A stretch of DNA of 64,000 nucleotides from an uncultured delta proteobacterium (GCA_963729715.1 CAVSPA010000014.1:1-64000), one strand, 5' to 3'; shown: positions 29,187-39,874, numbered from the stretch's first letter. Notes: a model not told the origin generated them from the sequence alone. Numbers and translations are program-made.

Positions 29187-29750
29187 TCAATCCTTGACCC
29201 TTGTTAAATACTCGCCGCTTCGTGTATCGACTCTGATCTTCTCACCTTCTTCAACAAAAGGAGGAACCTGAATCTGATAGCCCGTTTGCAGGGTCACCGG
29301 CTTGGTCTTGCCTGATACAGAATCACCCTTGGCCCATGGGTCGGCTCGTATGACGACAAGATCAACGAAATTCGGGACGCTCACCTCGAGAGCCTTATCC
29401 TCAAAAAACAGGATTTCCACCTCCAGGTTATCAATAAGGAAATTTTTTGCCTCTCCCACTTGATCCTCAGTGAGAAAGACCTGTTCATAATTTTCGTTGT
29501 CCATGAAGCAGTATTTCCCCTGCTCCTTATACAGGTACTGCATTTTTTTCTGCTCGAGGTCTGCCGGTTCGAAAGTATCCACGGAACGGAATGTCCGTTC
29601 AAACTGCGCTCCCGTAATCATATTGCGCAATTTAGACCTGTATAGAGCCTGACCCTTCCCTGGCTTGACAAAGTTGAACTCGGTAACAATATAAGGCTCA
29701 TTGTCAATCTTGATCCTTAAACCTTTCTTCAAATCACTCGCAGTATACAT
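29187..29750 (-). CDS. efp: Elongation factor P
   Basis: FVKPGKGQA loop (Lys acceptor), TKPVTLQTG, VDTRSGEY. Confidence 0.97.
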   Translation of the reverse strand: MYTASDLKKGLRIKIDNEPYIVTEFNFVKPGKGQALYRSKLRNMITGAQFERTFRSVDTFEPADLEQKKMQYLYKEQGKYCFMDNENYEQVFLTEDQVGEAKNFLIDNLEVEILFFEDKALEVSVPNFVDLVVIRADPWAKGDSVSGKTKPVTLQTGYQIQVPPFVEEGEKIRVDTRSGEYLTRVKD

Positions 29751-29789
29751 GTAATGTCTTTTCTCCTTTCATTCTAAATCACGGACCTA

Positions 29790-30899
29790 CTAATTCACTT
29801 CTCCTGTCCTGTCAAAAATATATTCGCCTCTCCCGCTAGCCATCGTGTGAAAAGGAGTCCCGGGGTAAAGAGGACATTTCCCTTTGCCCCCCGGGATATC
29901 AAATACATATTGCGGCACACAAAGTCCGGATATATTTTCCCGTATTTTCTCCATGATTCTTATTCCTGACCGCACTTCTGTGCGAAAATGATCCGTACCT
30001 TTCACCTGGTCACACTGAAACAAATAATAAGGTTTGACGGATATCCGCTGAAGGCCATAGAAAAGGTCCCGCAGGGTTTCGTAGTTGTCGTTGATGCCCC
30101 GAAGCAGGACGGACTGATTTGATACAGGGATTCCCGCCTCAAGTATCATTTCACATGCATGCGCCGCTTCCGGCGTAATTTCATTCGGATGGTTGAATTG
30201 CGTATTGAACCAAAGGGGACGATGCTTTCGCAAAGTATCACACAGTTTACGGGTAATCCTCATGGGCATAACGACCGGAACGCGGCTTCCTATACGCAGC
30301 ACCTCCACATGGGGGATAGAACGCAATGATCCGAGAAACCAATCGAGGATACCCTCTTTCATGGTGAGGGGATCACCTCCCGAAACGATGACTTCACGAA
30401 TATGCCGCGTCTTGGACACATAATCAACCATGCATTCCATATATGCTTTGGTCTCTTTGATACCGCCATTCCCCCACATCCGCTTGCGATTGCAGTGCCG
30501 GCAATATGTTGCACATGTATGCGTGACGATCGTAAGGCAGCGGTCACGATAACGATGCACGAGGCCCGAAACAGGCATGTCCCGTTCTTCTTCGAGAGGG
30601 TCGGCCACACCCCCGAGCGAAAAACTTATCTCCCTTTCATCGGGAAAACACTGGCGATGAAGGGGGTCGTTATCATCCTCTGCATTCATCAGAGAAAAAT
30701 AATACGGCGTGATGCTAAAGGGATAAGACCTTGCGACGGTTTGATACGTCTTGAGGGCCGCAGGCGTCTTCTTCAGGACTGCTGCCAATTGAGGAATAGT
30801 GCGTATCCGGTTCCTGTATTGCCACTCCCAGTCATGCCACTCTTTTGACGAAACCCCTCGCCAAGGGCTTACGGAGATAGTACTGTTTCTCGATTCCAT
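29790..30899 (-). CDS. epmB: Lysine 2,3-aminomutase (KamA family), EpmB role inferred
   Basis: WHDWEWQ, LVHRYRDR, CATYCRHCNR, SGGDPL, NQSVLLRGIND, PYYLFQCD, DIPGGKGK; operon with efp and epmA. Confidence 0.88.
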   Translation of the reverse strand: MESRNSTISVSPWRGVSSKEWHDWEWQYRNRIRTIPQLAAVLKKTPAALKTYQTVARSYPFSITPYYFSLMNAEDDNDPLHRQCFPDEREISFSLGGVADPLEEERDMPVSGLVHRYRDRCLTIVTHTCATYCRHCNRKRMWGNGGIKETKAYMECMVDYVSKTRHIREVIVSGGDPLTMKEGILDWFLGSLRSIPHVEVLRIGSRVPVVMPMRITRKLCDTLRKHRPLWFNTQFNHPNEITPEAAHACEMILEAGIPVSNQSVLLRGINDNYETLRDLFYGLQRISVKPYYLFQCDQVKGTDHFRTEVRSGIRIMEKIRENISGLCVPQYVFDIPGGKGKCPLYPGTPFHTMASGRGEYIFDRTGEVN

Positions 30900-31723
30900 G
30901 GTTTACAATGCTTCAAATAGATTTATTGAAAGGGTGCCTTACATTATTGAATTTTATAGCATCAAATATTCTTTATTACAAATTAGAATCCCGAAAGCTG
31001 TCACTAAGAGATAAAAGTTTGAGAATCAGTACAGGCATAGAATTTCGCCACTCTAAATATTGTACCCTGATCTCCTGCGTTAAGAAATGATTATTCATGA
31101 TTATTCAAGAGCCACAGCGAATAGAATGAACATACATCGTCTGCTCGCCGTCAGGATAACATGGAAGCTCTCCGCCGCAAGCTGTGGCGAATGCACTCGC
31201 TACCGAATTCAACGACTGCTCGGAATGTCATGTCAAATAGGGATTCTCGAACAGCGGTCAGGCGGGCTTCTCTGGTATCAAAGAAACTCCTGCGATACTT
31301 ATTAGGCATTGCATCTTAATCAGAAATAGGTAATAATTAAGCATATTAATCGCAAAATCGCGGTATGGACTATCCAGACACAATGCGGGCAGTATTGAAA
31401 ATGGGGAACATCACCATATGTGCAGGCATTGTAGAATGCAGTTATACGAGCAAGCGGCAGAATTCATTAAATCGGCGAGTGATGCCTTCCTGTGAGTAAG
31501 AAAGAATCAAAAGGAAAATAATCGAAAGATGCACTTTTGCCAGCCCGAGATTTCTTTTGATCCCCGGGTACTGTCCTTAGTATGGGGATTTCTTTGTTCA
31601 AGACCACTAGCGACGCTCCAGCGCCGAGCTGCAGAGCGGTCAACGGGAAAACTCCTGCACTCTCTCTTTCGAAACCCCTTTGATCCGTCATGACGGGAAA
31701 TATTTTTATAAGGAGATCAATCT

Positions 31724-32872
31724 ATGAAATCGTTATCAAAGGATGAACTGAAAACTTTAATGAACAAACAGAAAGGTCCCTGCATTTCAATGTTCATGCC
31801 CGCCTATCGTGCCGGTGCTGAGATCCAGCAAAATCAAATCAGATTCAGAAATTTGCTTCGTGAAGCCGAGGAAAAATTGATCGCCGCCGGTTGCCGCGCC
31901 CCGGAGGCGAAGGCTTTGCTTGAACCCGCACAGGGGCTTTCCGGTAATATACCTTTCTGGCGGCAACAGAGCGGCGGTCTCGCTGTATTCATATCTTCAG
32001 ATGTATTTCGTCATTATGGCCTGCCCATAAATTTTGATGAATTAATAGTCGTCGCTGACCGGTTTCACGTCAAACCTATTCTGCCGGCACTGAGCGGCGA
32101 CGGGCATTACTACATTTTGACGTTGAGTCAAAAAGGAAGCCGCCTTTATGAAGGCACAAAACAGGACATCAGAGAAATCCTGATTGAAACGATACCCAAA
32201 AATCTTGCCGACGCCCTTCAGTACGATGAACTGGAAAGGCAGATCCGTTTCCACAGGGGTACGCCGCGGGGAGGCGAGCGCGGTTCGATGATGTCAGGGG
32301 GCGGCGCGCAACTGGACGACGCGAAGGAGAACATTTCAAAATATTTCCGCCAGCTCGATAAGGGCTTACATGACCTCCTGAAAGATGAGCGTGTCCCTCT
32401 GGTGCTTGCCGGCGTCGATTATTTATTTCCGATTTACCGAGAGGTAAACACGTATCCTTATCTTATGGAAGGTGGGATTCCTGGAAACCCCAAAGGAATA
32501 AGTGCGGACCAGTTGCATAAGCAAGCGCTTGAGATTGCCAGACCTTATTTTCAAAAGGCGGAAAATGACGCCATCGCCCAATACCGGCAGTCTTCCGGCA
32601 CGGGATTGACCTCCGGCGACATTAAAGAAATTGTCCGTGCCGCGTGTGACGGACGGGTTGGTTTGCTCTTTATAGCCACGGGTCATAAGCAATGGGGTAT
32701 TTTTGACCCGGAAGCGAAAGACATTCAAATACACCAAAGGATGGAACCGGGCAGTGAGGACCTGTCAGATTTTTCTGCAATCCAGACTCTGTTGAACGGC
32801 GGCACTGTTTTTTCGCTTTCCCAGGAAAAAATGCCCGATGATAAACCAATCGCGGCCGTATTTCGTTATTAA
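31724..32872 (+). CDS. Bacterial archaeo-eukaryotic release-factor-like protein (baeRF3/baeRF7 type)
   Basis: AAGGAG RBS; GPCISMFMP...IRFRNLLREAE, GLAVF, DRFHVKPI, YFRQLDKGL, PLVLAGV, GRVGLLF, TLLNGGTV, AAVFRY end. Confidence 0.8.
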   Translation: MKSLSKDELKTLMNKQKGPCISMFMPAYRAGAEIQQNQIRFRNLLREAEEKLIAAGCRAPEAKALLEPAQGLSGNIPFWRQQSGGLAVFISSDVFRHYGLPINFDELIVVADRFHVKPILPALSGDGHYYILTLSQKGSRLYEGTKQDIREILIETIPKNLADALQYDELERQIRFHRGTPRGGERGSMMSGGGAQLDDAKENISKYFRQLDKGLHDLLKDERVPLVLAGVDYLFPIYREVNTYPYLMEGGIPGNPKGISADQLHKQALEIARPYFQKAENDAIAQYRQSSGTGLTSGDIKEIVRAACDGRVGLLFIATGHKQWGIFDPEAKDIQIHQRMEPGSEDLSDFSAIQTLLNGGTVFSLSQEKMPDDKPIAAVFRY

Positions 32873-32917
32873 ATCGAGAAGCATAAAGCCTCCGTTCATT
32901 TTAAATATATTTCTCAT

Positions 32918-33889
32918 ATGGATTTGCGGGATAGCAAAGTAAATGCGGCACGGCTTTCCGTGTTGTCGAATACATCTCTTGTGGTCATGAAGGCCGCCGT
33001 CGGGCTCCTGATCGGATCGGTATCTATCATTTCCGAAGCGATCCATTCCGGAGTAGACCTTATCGCTTCCCTCATCACGACATTCTCCGTCGGCAAATCG
33101 AGCATGCCCGCCGACGTCGAGCATCCCTTTGGCCATGGAAAAGTCGAAAATATTTCCGGCACTCTCGAGGCGCTGCTCATCTTTCTCGCGGCCGTCTGGA
33201 TCATCTATGAGGCAATCAGGAAGCTCCTCAATCCGGAGCCTATTGAATATGTCAGTTGGGGCGTGGCCGTGATGTCAATTTCCGCTCTGGTTAATCTGGT
33301 CGTGTCAAGAATGCTTTTCAAAGTCGCAGGAGAAACTGACTCTGTTGCCCTTGCAGCAGACGGCTGGCATCTGCGTACCGATGTATATACCTCTGCCGGC
33401 GTGATGGCAAGCCTCGCCCTGATCGGGCTGGGTCACCTTATTTCACCTGCCGCCAATCTGTACTGGCTTGACCCGGTCGCTGCGATCGTGGTGGCTTTGT
33501 TTATTATGGGCGCTGCCTACAGGCTGACTCTCCAATCGGCGCAGGATTTGATGGATGTAAAACTTCCCGCGGAAGAGGAGACCTGGATCCGGCAGCTGAT
33601 AATGACGCAGAAGCCTATTATACACGGCTTTCATCTATTGCGCACGCGCAAGGCGGGAAATTACCGCTTCGTTGACTTCCATATAAAAGTTGATCCTTCC
33701 ATGTCCGTCGAGGACTCTCACAGGATCACCGATGAGTTATCCAGAAGCATAGAAAGTCATTTCCTCAATACGAGCGTCACTGTTCACATCGAGCCCTGCG
33801 ACGGCAGATGTGATGACCATTGCCTATCCGGATGCCTTCTGCCGGAGGGGGAGCAGAAGGCCGTGATGCAGAAAAACCGGCGGGTCTGA
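32918..33889 (+). CDS. Cation diffusion facilitator transporter (FieF-like)
   Basis: SEAIHSGVD, HPFGHGKVE, ADGWHLRTD, LDPVAA, HIEP; Cys-rich tail. Confidence 0.93.
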   Translation: MDLRDSKVNAARLSVLSNTSLVVMKAAVGLLIGSVSIISEAIHSGVDLIASLITTFSVGKSSMPADVEHPFGHGKVENISGTLEALLIFLAAVWIIYEAIRKLLNPEPIEYVSWGVAVMSISALVNLVVSRMLFKVAGETDSVALAADGWHLRTDVYTSAGVMASLALIGLGHLISPAANLYWLDPVAAIVVALFIMGAAYRLTLQSAQDLMDVKLPAEEETWIRQLIMTQKPIIHGFHLLRTRKAGNYRFVDFHIKVDPSMSVEDSHRITDELSRSIESHFLNTSVTVHIEPCDGRCDDHCLSGCLLPEGEQKAVMQKNRRV

Positions 33890-33921
33890 CAAAAATCAGG
33901 AATGCTCTGTCAGAAATGTAT

Positions 33922-34869
33922 TCAGCCCTTATATATAAACCTTTCAAACAATTTGTGGAAAGGTGTCCAGTGCGAATCGGGAGCGGTCGTCTGGATGAAT
34001 TCTTGGAAGGCGTTAACCTTGGCATCAAGATCGTCCATGAAATGCACGACTAATGCCTCAGGCGTCTTCGGACGCTTTGGCGAACCGAATTCCTGGGTGC
34101 CGTGATGGCTCAAAATGAGATGGCGGAGCTCCATGGCAAGCTGCTCCGGAAAACCTTCTACGGTGGCAATCCTCGCATCGAGCATCTCCAGACCGATCAC
34201 GATATGTCCAATCAGTCTGCCCTCATCGCTGTAATCAAACATCCTGTCGTAGGTATATTCATAAATCTTGCCTATGTCATGAAGTATCCCCCCGGATATG
34301 ACGAGGTCCCTGTTGATACCCTGGTAATGCTTTGTTACAAGATCGAGCAGGCGTATGACCGAGAGCGTGTGTTCAAGGAGGCCTCCGATGTAAACATGAT
34401 GAAAACTTTTTGCAGCGGGGGCCTTTTTGAATAATTTGACCACCTCATCATCATGGAAAAACAAGTGTAACAGCTCCCTCAAACAGGCTGTTTCGATTTG
34501 CTCGACGAAGTCCATTAGATCGGCGAACATCACATCGATGTCTCCTTTTGCAGCAGGCAGATATTCGGCCAGGTCAACGGCGGAGTCATCGACCTTCCTG
34601 ACACCCGTTATGGAAAGCTGAACGGTGCTTCTGAAGCTGACCGCACCTCCCTGTGCCTTGATCACATCCCCTTTGCTGAAGGCCTTGTCCCACTCGATTG
34701 CATTCTCCCAGATCTTTCCGTCAACCTCCCCTGTCCTATCCTTAAGGCGAATGTTCAGGTAAGGTGTCCCCTTCTGAGAGAAAGCGAGATTCTTCTCGAT
34801 CACAAGAAAGGACTCGTTTATTTTTTCACCCGGCTTTATATCTTTGATATAAACACTCTTGCTCTTCAT
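33922..34869 (-). CDS. yhaM: 3'-5' exoribonuclease YhaM family (OB fold + HD)
   Basis: LKDRTGEVDGKIW, APAAKSFHHVYIGGLLEHT, LHDIGK, ILSHHG, FGSPKRP, MDDLDAK. Confidence 0.9.
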   Translation of the reverse strand: MKSKSVYIKDIKPGEKINESFLVIEKNLAFSQKGTPYLNIRLKDRTGEVDGKIWENAIEWDKAFSKGDVIKAQGGAVSFRSTVQLSITGVRKVDDSAVDLAEYLPAAKGDIDVMFADLMDFVEQIETACLRELLHLFFHDDEVVKLFKKAPAAKSFHHVYIGGLLEHTLSVIRLLDLVTKHYQGINRDLVISGGILHDIGKIYEYTYDRMFDYSDEGRLIGHIVIGLEMLDARIATVEGFPEQLAMELRHLILSHHGTQEFGSPKRPKTPEALVVHFMDDLDAKVNAFQEFIQTTAPDSHWTPFHKLFERFIYKG

Positions 34870-34901
34870 ATTCACACCTGCCGTTGCTTGTCGCCGTTTA
34901 C

Positions 34902-36812
34902 TCACTTTTCTCTCAAGATGCGATGATCACCCGCCCTGATAGTAAGCTTTGTTATGTCAAAGTACTCCATCAGCGGTATGATGAATTTTCTTGAAAGACC
35001 TGTCAACTCTTTCATGCTTGCCGGTGTAGCCTTTCCCTCCCTCACAAGAAGGGCCTTATAATCTTCCCGCAACCTCGCTAAGACTTCTTTATGAAAGTAG
35101 AGATCTTCATTTATCTTTATCAGGGAACCTTCTTTGAGCATCACGTTGATGACGCTTTCTGCCGGACTTCTTTGGCCCGCAAATTTTTCCATAAGCTCCT
35201 TGATTGTAGGAGGGGTAAGCCCAGCGGCCACATATGTCTCTGCAATCTTGCCTCGCATATCCTCCAGTTCTCCCTTCAGATCCACGCGGTGCGCCGACAG
35301 GCGAATGTTTTCCCTCTCAACGACTATTTCCCCTCTCTTTTCCAGCTCTCTGACAGCCATGTTAAAGAGCCTTTGTCTGGCGAACTGTCCTGCCGTGTTC
35401 CTCAACTCTTCTTTCGATATACCTTCCTTCAGGGGATATCTCTCATGATATGCACGCATTTCTAGGAGAATCCTGTCCTGGAGGTTCTGATAAATGGAGG
35501 AAGATACTATCCTGGATTCATCAGCATCCACGATGACGACCTGCTTTTTTGAAGACAGAGTTCCGAGAATGTCCTTAAGGATATTGTGGTGAATTCCAGT
35601 TCTCATTTCCAACTCAGATATCTCAATGCCTTCAATTCCCGACCGCTCAATGATAATAGCCGCCCTCTCCGTGTCGGTACCATCATGCAGGAGATCAATT
35701 TCATGATTTACTTTTTCAGAATTTCTCTTATGCTTCTTAGGCAAAGGGTCAACGATCATCCCGCCGCCGATTGTCGTTATGGGCGAGTAGCTCCTGATGA
35801 CAAACCTGTCTCTTGCCATGGCGACGATGGGAGACTCAAGGACTACTTGCGCAGAAGCCTTAGCCCCGGGTTCTGCGTCTTCACGGTCGAGGAGTATTAT
35901 CCTGCCGATTACTTCATTCGTCCCCACATGAAACCGCACCAGGTTCCTATTTTTCAGTCTCCTGCTGTTGTTCGACAAATACTCCATGCACACGTCCAAG
36001 CGGATCGAGGCCTTAAGGGTCCCGGGCCTGGCGAGTACATCTCCTCTCACGATCGTATCTTTTTCAACGCCCTGCAGATTTATGGCAGTCCGCTGGCCTG
36101 CCTCAGCAATAGTTGCGCTCTGGTTATGGATCTGTATGCCCCGCACCTTGGCGGTAACTCCCGGCGGCAGTATTTCCACCTCTTCGCCCACCTTTATATT
36201 TCCAGAGATCAGGGTTCCGGTGACGACTGTCCCGAATCCCTTTATGGTAAATGCCCTATCCACAGGCAAACGGAAGATACCCGCACCCGATTGTCCCTCT
36301 ATATCCGACGCCACTCTGCCGAGTGCGTCCAGCAATTCCTCGAGCCCTGCACCTGTAATGGAAGAGACGGGTAAAACGGGGGATGCCTCCAGAAAAGTCC
36401 CTTTCAAGAATTCACGGACATCGTCCTTCACCAGATCGAGCCATTCCTCTGCTACCATATCGGCCTTGGTGAGGGCAACAAGACCTTTCTTAATGCCGAG
36501 GAGCGAGCAGATATGAAGGTGTTCCCTCGTCTGGGGCATGACGCCCTCGTCTGCCGCAATCACCATAATCACCATGTCTATGCCGGAGGCGCCGGACACC
36601 ATATTTCTTATGAATCTTTCATGGCCGGGAACATCCACAATACCGAATGTCCGGCCGTCCGGAAGGGTTAGCGAGGCAAAGCCAAGTTCAATACTGATCC
36701 CCCGCTCCTTCTCTTCTTTGAGCCTGTCCGTGTCGATACCGGTGATGGCTCTTATAAGGGCTGTCTTGCCATGATCGACATGGCCGGCTGTGCCTATGAT
36801 GAAATGCTTCAT
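34902..36812 (-). CDS. selB: Selenocysteine-specific elongation factor SelB
   Basis: [32 protein letters not shown]-terminal winged-helix [14 protein letters not shown]. Confidence 0.97.
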   Translation of the reverse strand: MKHFIIGTAGHVDHGKTALIRAITGIDTDRLKEEKERGISIELGFASLTLPDGRTFGIVDVPGHERFIRNMVSGASGIDMVIMVIAADEGVMPQTREHLHICSLLGIKKGLVALTKADMVAEEWLDLVKDDVREFLKGTFLEASPVLPVSSITGAGLEELLDALGRVASDIEGQSGAGIFRLPVDRAFTIKGFGTVVTGTLISGNIKVGEEVEILPPGVTAKVRGIQIHNQSATIAEAGQRTAINLQGVEKDTIVRGDVLARPGTLKASIRLDVCMEYLSNNSRRLKNRNLVRFHVGTNEVIGRIILLDREDAEPGAKASAQVVLESPIVAMARDRFVIRSYSPITTIGGGMIVDPLPKKHKRNSEKVNHEIDLLHDGTDTERAAIIIERSGIEGIEISELEMRTGIHHNILKDILGTLSSKKQVVIVDADESRIVSSSIYQNLQDRILLEMRAYHERYPLKEGISKEELRNTAGQFARQRLFNMAVRELEKRGEIVVERENIRLSAHRVDLKGELEDMRGKIAETYVAAGLTPPTIKELMEKFAGQRSPAESVINVMLKEGSLIKINEDLYFHKEVLARLREDYKALLVREGKATPASMKELTGLSRKFIIPLMEYFDITKLTIRAGDHRILREK

Positions 36813-36850
36813 GGGCCTTAAATAACAAACTACCTAACGTTTAACAATAA

Positions 36851-36877
36851 CAAAAAAGTGATCCGCATATGGATCAC
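36851..36877 (-). terminator. Intrinsic-terminator-like hairpin just upstream of selB
   Basis: Minus strand reads GTGATCC-ATATGC-GGATCAC-TTTTTTG. Confidence 0.5.
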
Positions 36878-37141
36878 AAGGCAACGTTGATCTATACGTT
36901 CACGAACTGAGGGAAAGCGAAGGGCCCCATTCACCGGATAGACGAGTGGCCGTCTGCTCCCGCACCACAAACAAAGGGAACAGATGATTCCATATCGCGG
37001 TCATGGGAGAAATACTTGATTGAAAATATCTGGAATAACGATCCCCTGAGCTGCCCGAATGAACCGGGGACCGTGTATCACAGGTGTCATATATTAAGGA
37101 TATGTCGCAAGTGTTATGAGTAGAGTCCCCTGAGTCGTCTC

Positions 37142-38218
37142 ATGTCACTGCCGCTTCCCAAGGAGAGCTATATATTTGGCGGCCTTGGTTGTCCATTTGG
37201 ATGCGATTTCTGCGCGACATCCCATTATTTTGACCGCAGACGCATTTTGTTGCTCCCCGACGGCAAGTCTATCATCGACTCTATTAAATGGTTGCGAAAG
37301 TCATATCCGCGGATGGCCAGATTCTATCTCTGTGATGAAGATTTTTTTGTCAATCGGAAAAGAGCGATGCAATTCTTGGAGGAAATTCGGAGGTCCGATT
37401 TGCCGCCCCTTTCAATGATGGGATATGGAAGCGTTAAGTCTTTGTCCCACTTTTCAGCAGCCGAACTGACGGAGATGGGATTTGATCTCTTATGGATAGG
37501 CTTCGAGGGCAAGCGGGCTGAATTCAAGAAAATGGAGGGGAGGTCGTTTGCGGAGCTGTTTGCAAACTTGCGAGACCACGGAATCAGTATAATTGCATCC
37601 TTGATAATCGGATTCGATTATCAGACGCCTGAGATCATAGGGGAGGAGTTCCGGGAGCTGATGGGCCTGAAGCCTTCTGTTTGCCAGTTTCTCATTTATG
37701 GGCCGGTCTATGGTACTCCGTTATATAATCGGTTAAATGCAGAGGGCAGATTCCTTCCCAAGATACACGTTCCAGAGAGGTGGGACGGCTTTTGGTTGGG
37801 CTTTCGGCACCCGCACATAGGCGAAGAAGAGATGTCAAAAATTCAGATAGGGCTGTATCATAAAGAATTTGAGATTATGGGACCTTCCGTTTTCCGCATT
37901 CTTGAGAACCGGTTGAAAGGATACGTGACACTCAGGTATCATGCCTCGGAACGAGTAAGGGCAAAGGCACAGGTCTATAAATACAGGGCCCGTAAGGCCT
38001 TGATGCTTATTCCTGCGTGCAAGAAATATTTGCATTACAAAGTTAACGACCGACTCGATAACCTCAAGGAATGTATAATTTCAGAAACAGGAGATATGAC
38101 CTCAACGGAATACCTGCTTTCAAAGTTCGCTCCCCTTTTAATTAAGACTGCAAATCTGAAACTGCGCTTTAATATGGGGATGCAGCCGAGGTTCACAAGA
38201 CGGGCATACCGGATGTAG
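37142..38218 (+). CDS. Radical SAM protein (B12-binding-family-like core), apparently N-terminally truncated
   Basis: GLGCPFGCDFC starts only about 14 aa after the start codon; DEDFF, WIGFE, LIIGFD, PVYGTPLY; in-frame TAG just upstream. Confidence 0.75.
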   Translation: MSLPLPKESYIFGGLGCPFGCDFCATSHYFDRRRILLLPDGKSIIDSIKWLRKSYPRMARFYLCDEDFFVNRKRAMQFLEEIRRSDLPPLSMMGYGSVKSLSHFSAAELTEMGFDLLWIGFEGKRAEFKKMEGRSFAELFANLRDHGISIIASLIIGFDYQTPEIIGEEFRELMGLKPSVCQFLIYGPVYGTPLYNRLNAEGRFLPKIHVPERWDGFWLGFRHPHIGEEEMSKIQIGLYHKEFEIMGPSVFRILENRLKGYVTLRYHASERVRAKAQVYKYRARKALMLIPACKKYLHYKVNDRLDNLKECIISETGDMTSTEYLLSKFAPLLIKTANLKLRFNMGMQPRFTRRAYRM

Positions 38219-38394
38219 TTGCCTTCCTGATTTTTGGGAACCCTTCATAAAGAAAGCAAGTTTGTCCGCTAACCATTCATCTTCCAGATTTCAATGCCTT
38301 GGCCCGTAACTTATCATGAGGTGATAATTCTCCGCTTGAAATGTTGAGATTAAATTTGTTAGCATGACTTTTAAAAAAAAGGGGCACGGGGTCT

Positions 38395-38823
38395 ATGAGG
38401 ATACTTTGTCTCGATTACGGAAGTAAGAGAATAGGCGTCGCCATCTGTGATGAACTTGGCATGACGGCCCAGGGGCTCGCCACCATTACCCGGAAAAAGC
38501 GCAGGCATGATCTGGAAGCGGTTGCTGGCTTCATCAGGGACTATAATGTGGAGAAAATTGTGATCGGCTATCCCCTAAGACTCGATGGTACCGAGGGCAT
38601 CCAGTGCGAAAAAGTCGGCAAATTTGTATCTCTCCTGGAATCCACGTTCTCTCTGCCCGTCATCAAATGGGATGAAACGCTTTCCACAAAGGAGGCGGAA
38701 GAAATCCTCATTCGGGCTAACGTGGCCAGAGACAAGAGAAAGAATATAGTTGATAAGCTTGCCGCGAGTTTAATTCTCCAGGGATATCTAGATGCCCAGG
38801 AACGCCGCGACAGGTCTCAGTAG
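38395..38823 (+). CDS. ruvX: Holliday-junction-resolvase-like protein RuvX/YqgF
   Basis: MRILCLDYGSKRIGVAICD, VIGYP, WDETLST, DKLAASLILQGYLD. Confidence 0.95.
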   Translation: MRILCLDYGSKRIGVAICDELGMTAQGLATITRKKRRHDLEAVAGFIRDYNVEKIVIGYPLRLDGTEGIQCEKVGKFVSLLESTFSLPVIKWDETLSTKEAEEILIRANVARDKRKNIVDKLAASLILQGYLDAQERRDRSQ

Positions 38824-38843
38824 TTATCAGACGGACCAATTAT

Positions 38844-39866
38844 ATGGAAATCCGAGCTGCAACTCGTAAACATAAAAGAAGCCCCACCGTAATCTTACTG
38901 GTCATAATCATCTTTGCTCTGTTGGCCGGTCTCTACTATGCCGTGAGTCCCATTGACCGCCGTAATGAGATCGTCACTGTTGATATCCCGAGAGGGACGA
39001 GTTTCCTCCGATCAGTTGACCTGCTTGAAAACGCAGGTATCATCAAGAATAAATATCTGTTTTATGCATTAGTGATTGCAAGGAATGCACAGGGCAACAT
39101 CAGGGCAGGCGAGTATGAACTGTCAACATCCATGTCACCGCTGGATATCATTAATAAGCTGGTCAAGGGGGATATTATTTCATATAAGGTCACCATTCCC
39201 GAGGATTTCACAGTCGCGGAGATTGCGGCTCGCCTCGCCTTTTACAAACTGGTCGACGAAAAGACATTTGTATCCATTGCAGGAGATGCGAAGTTCATTG
39301 CCTCATTAGGTATAGAGGGCAGAAGCGCGGAAGGATACCTGTATCCTGATACATATCTATTTGATAAAACGATGGGTGCAAAATACATAATTAAGATCAT
39401 GGTTGATCAATTCTGGAAGACATTTGATCATAACATGCAGGAAAAGGCGGCAGAACTTGGTATGACGATACCCCAGGTTGTTACGCTTGCTTCCATAATA
39501 GGCAAAGAATCGGGGTTTAAAGACGAAAAACCCCTGGTCTCGGCCGTTTTTTACAATAGGCTGAAAAAAAGAATGAGACTGCAAAGTGATCCTACGGCCG
39601 TTTATGATCTCAAATCCATCACAAGGGTCATAAAGAGAAAACACCTTCAAAAAAACACGCCCTATAATACATACGTGATCAGTGGATTGCCTCCCGGCCC
39701 CATAGCAAATCCAGCCATTGACTCGCTGCAGGCAGCCCTCTACCCTGCCTCGGTCAATTACCTGTACTTCGTTTCCAATAACGATGGTTCTCACAACTTC
39801 TCATCCAGCCTCTCCGCTCATAACAGGGCGGTTTTAAAATATCAAATTAATAGAAAAAAAGAATGA
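38844..39866 (+). CDS. mltG: Endolytic transglycosylase MltG
   Basis: VTIPED, EGYLYPDTY, LASIIGKE, NRLKKRMRLQSDPT, PYNTY, LPPGPIANP. Confidence 0.95.
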   Translation: MEIRAATRKHKRSPTVILLVIIIFALLAGLYYAVSPIDRRNEIVTVDIPRGTSFLRSVDLLENAGIIKNKYLFYALVIARNAQGNIRAGEYELSTSMSPLDIINKLVKGDIISYKVTIPEDFTVAEIAARLAFYKLVDEKTFVSIAGDAKFIASLGIEGRSAEGYLYPDTYLFDKTMGAKYIIKIMVDQFWKTFDHNMQEKAAELGMTIPQVVTLASIIGKESGFKDEKPLVSAVFYNRLKKRMRLQSDPTAVYDLKSITRVIKRKHLQKNTPYNTYVISGLPPGPIANPAIDSLQAALYPASVNYLYFVSNNDGSHNFSSSLSAHNRAVLKYQINRKKE

Positions 39867-39874
39867 TTTTTTTC

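Noticed and set aside
35586..36516. Long antisense ORFs over selB, and similar ones over murD, ftsZ, ctpA and ptsP
   Set aside because: They fully overlap well-conserved genes on the opposite strand and have no recognisable motifs or RBS.
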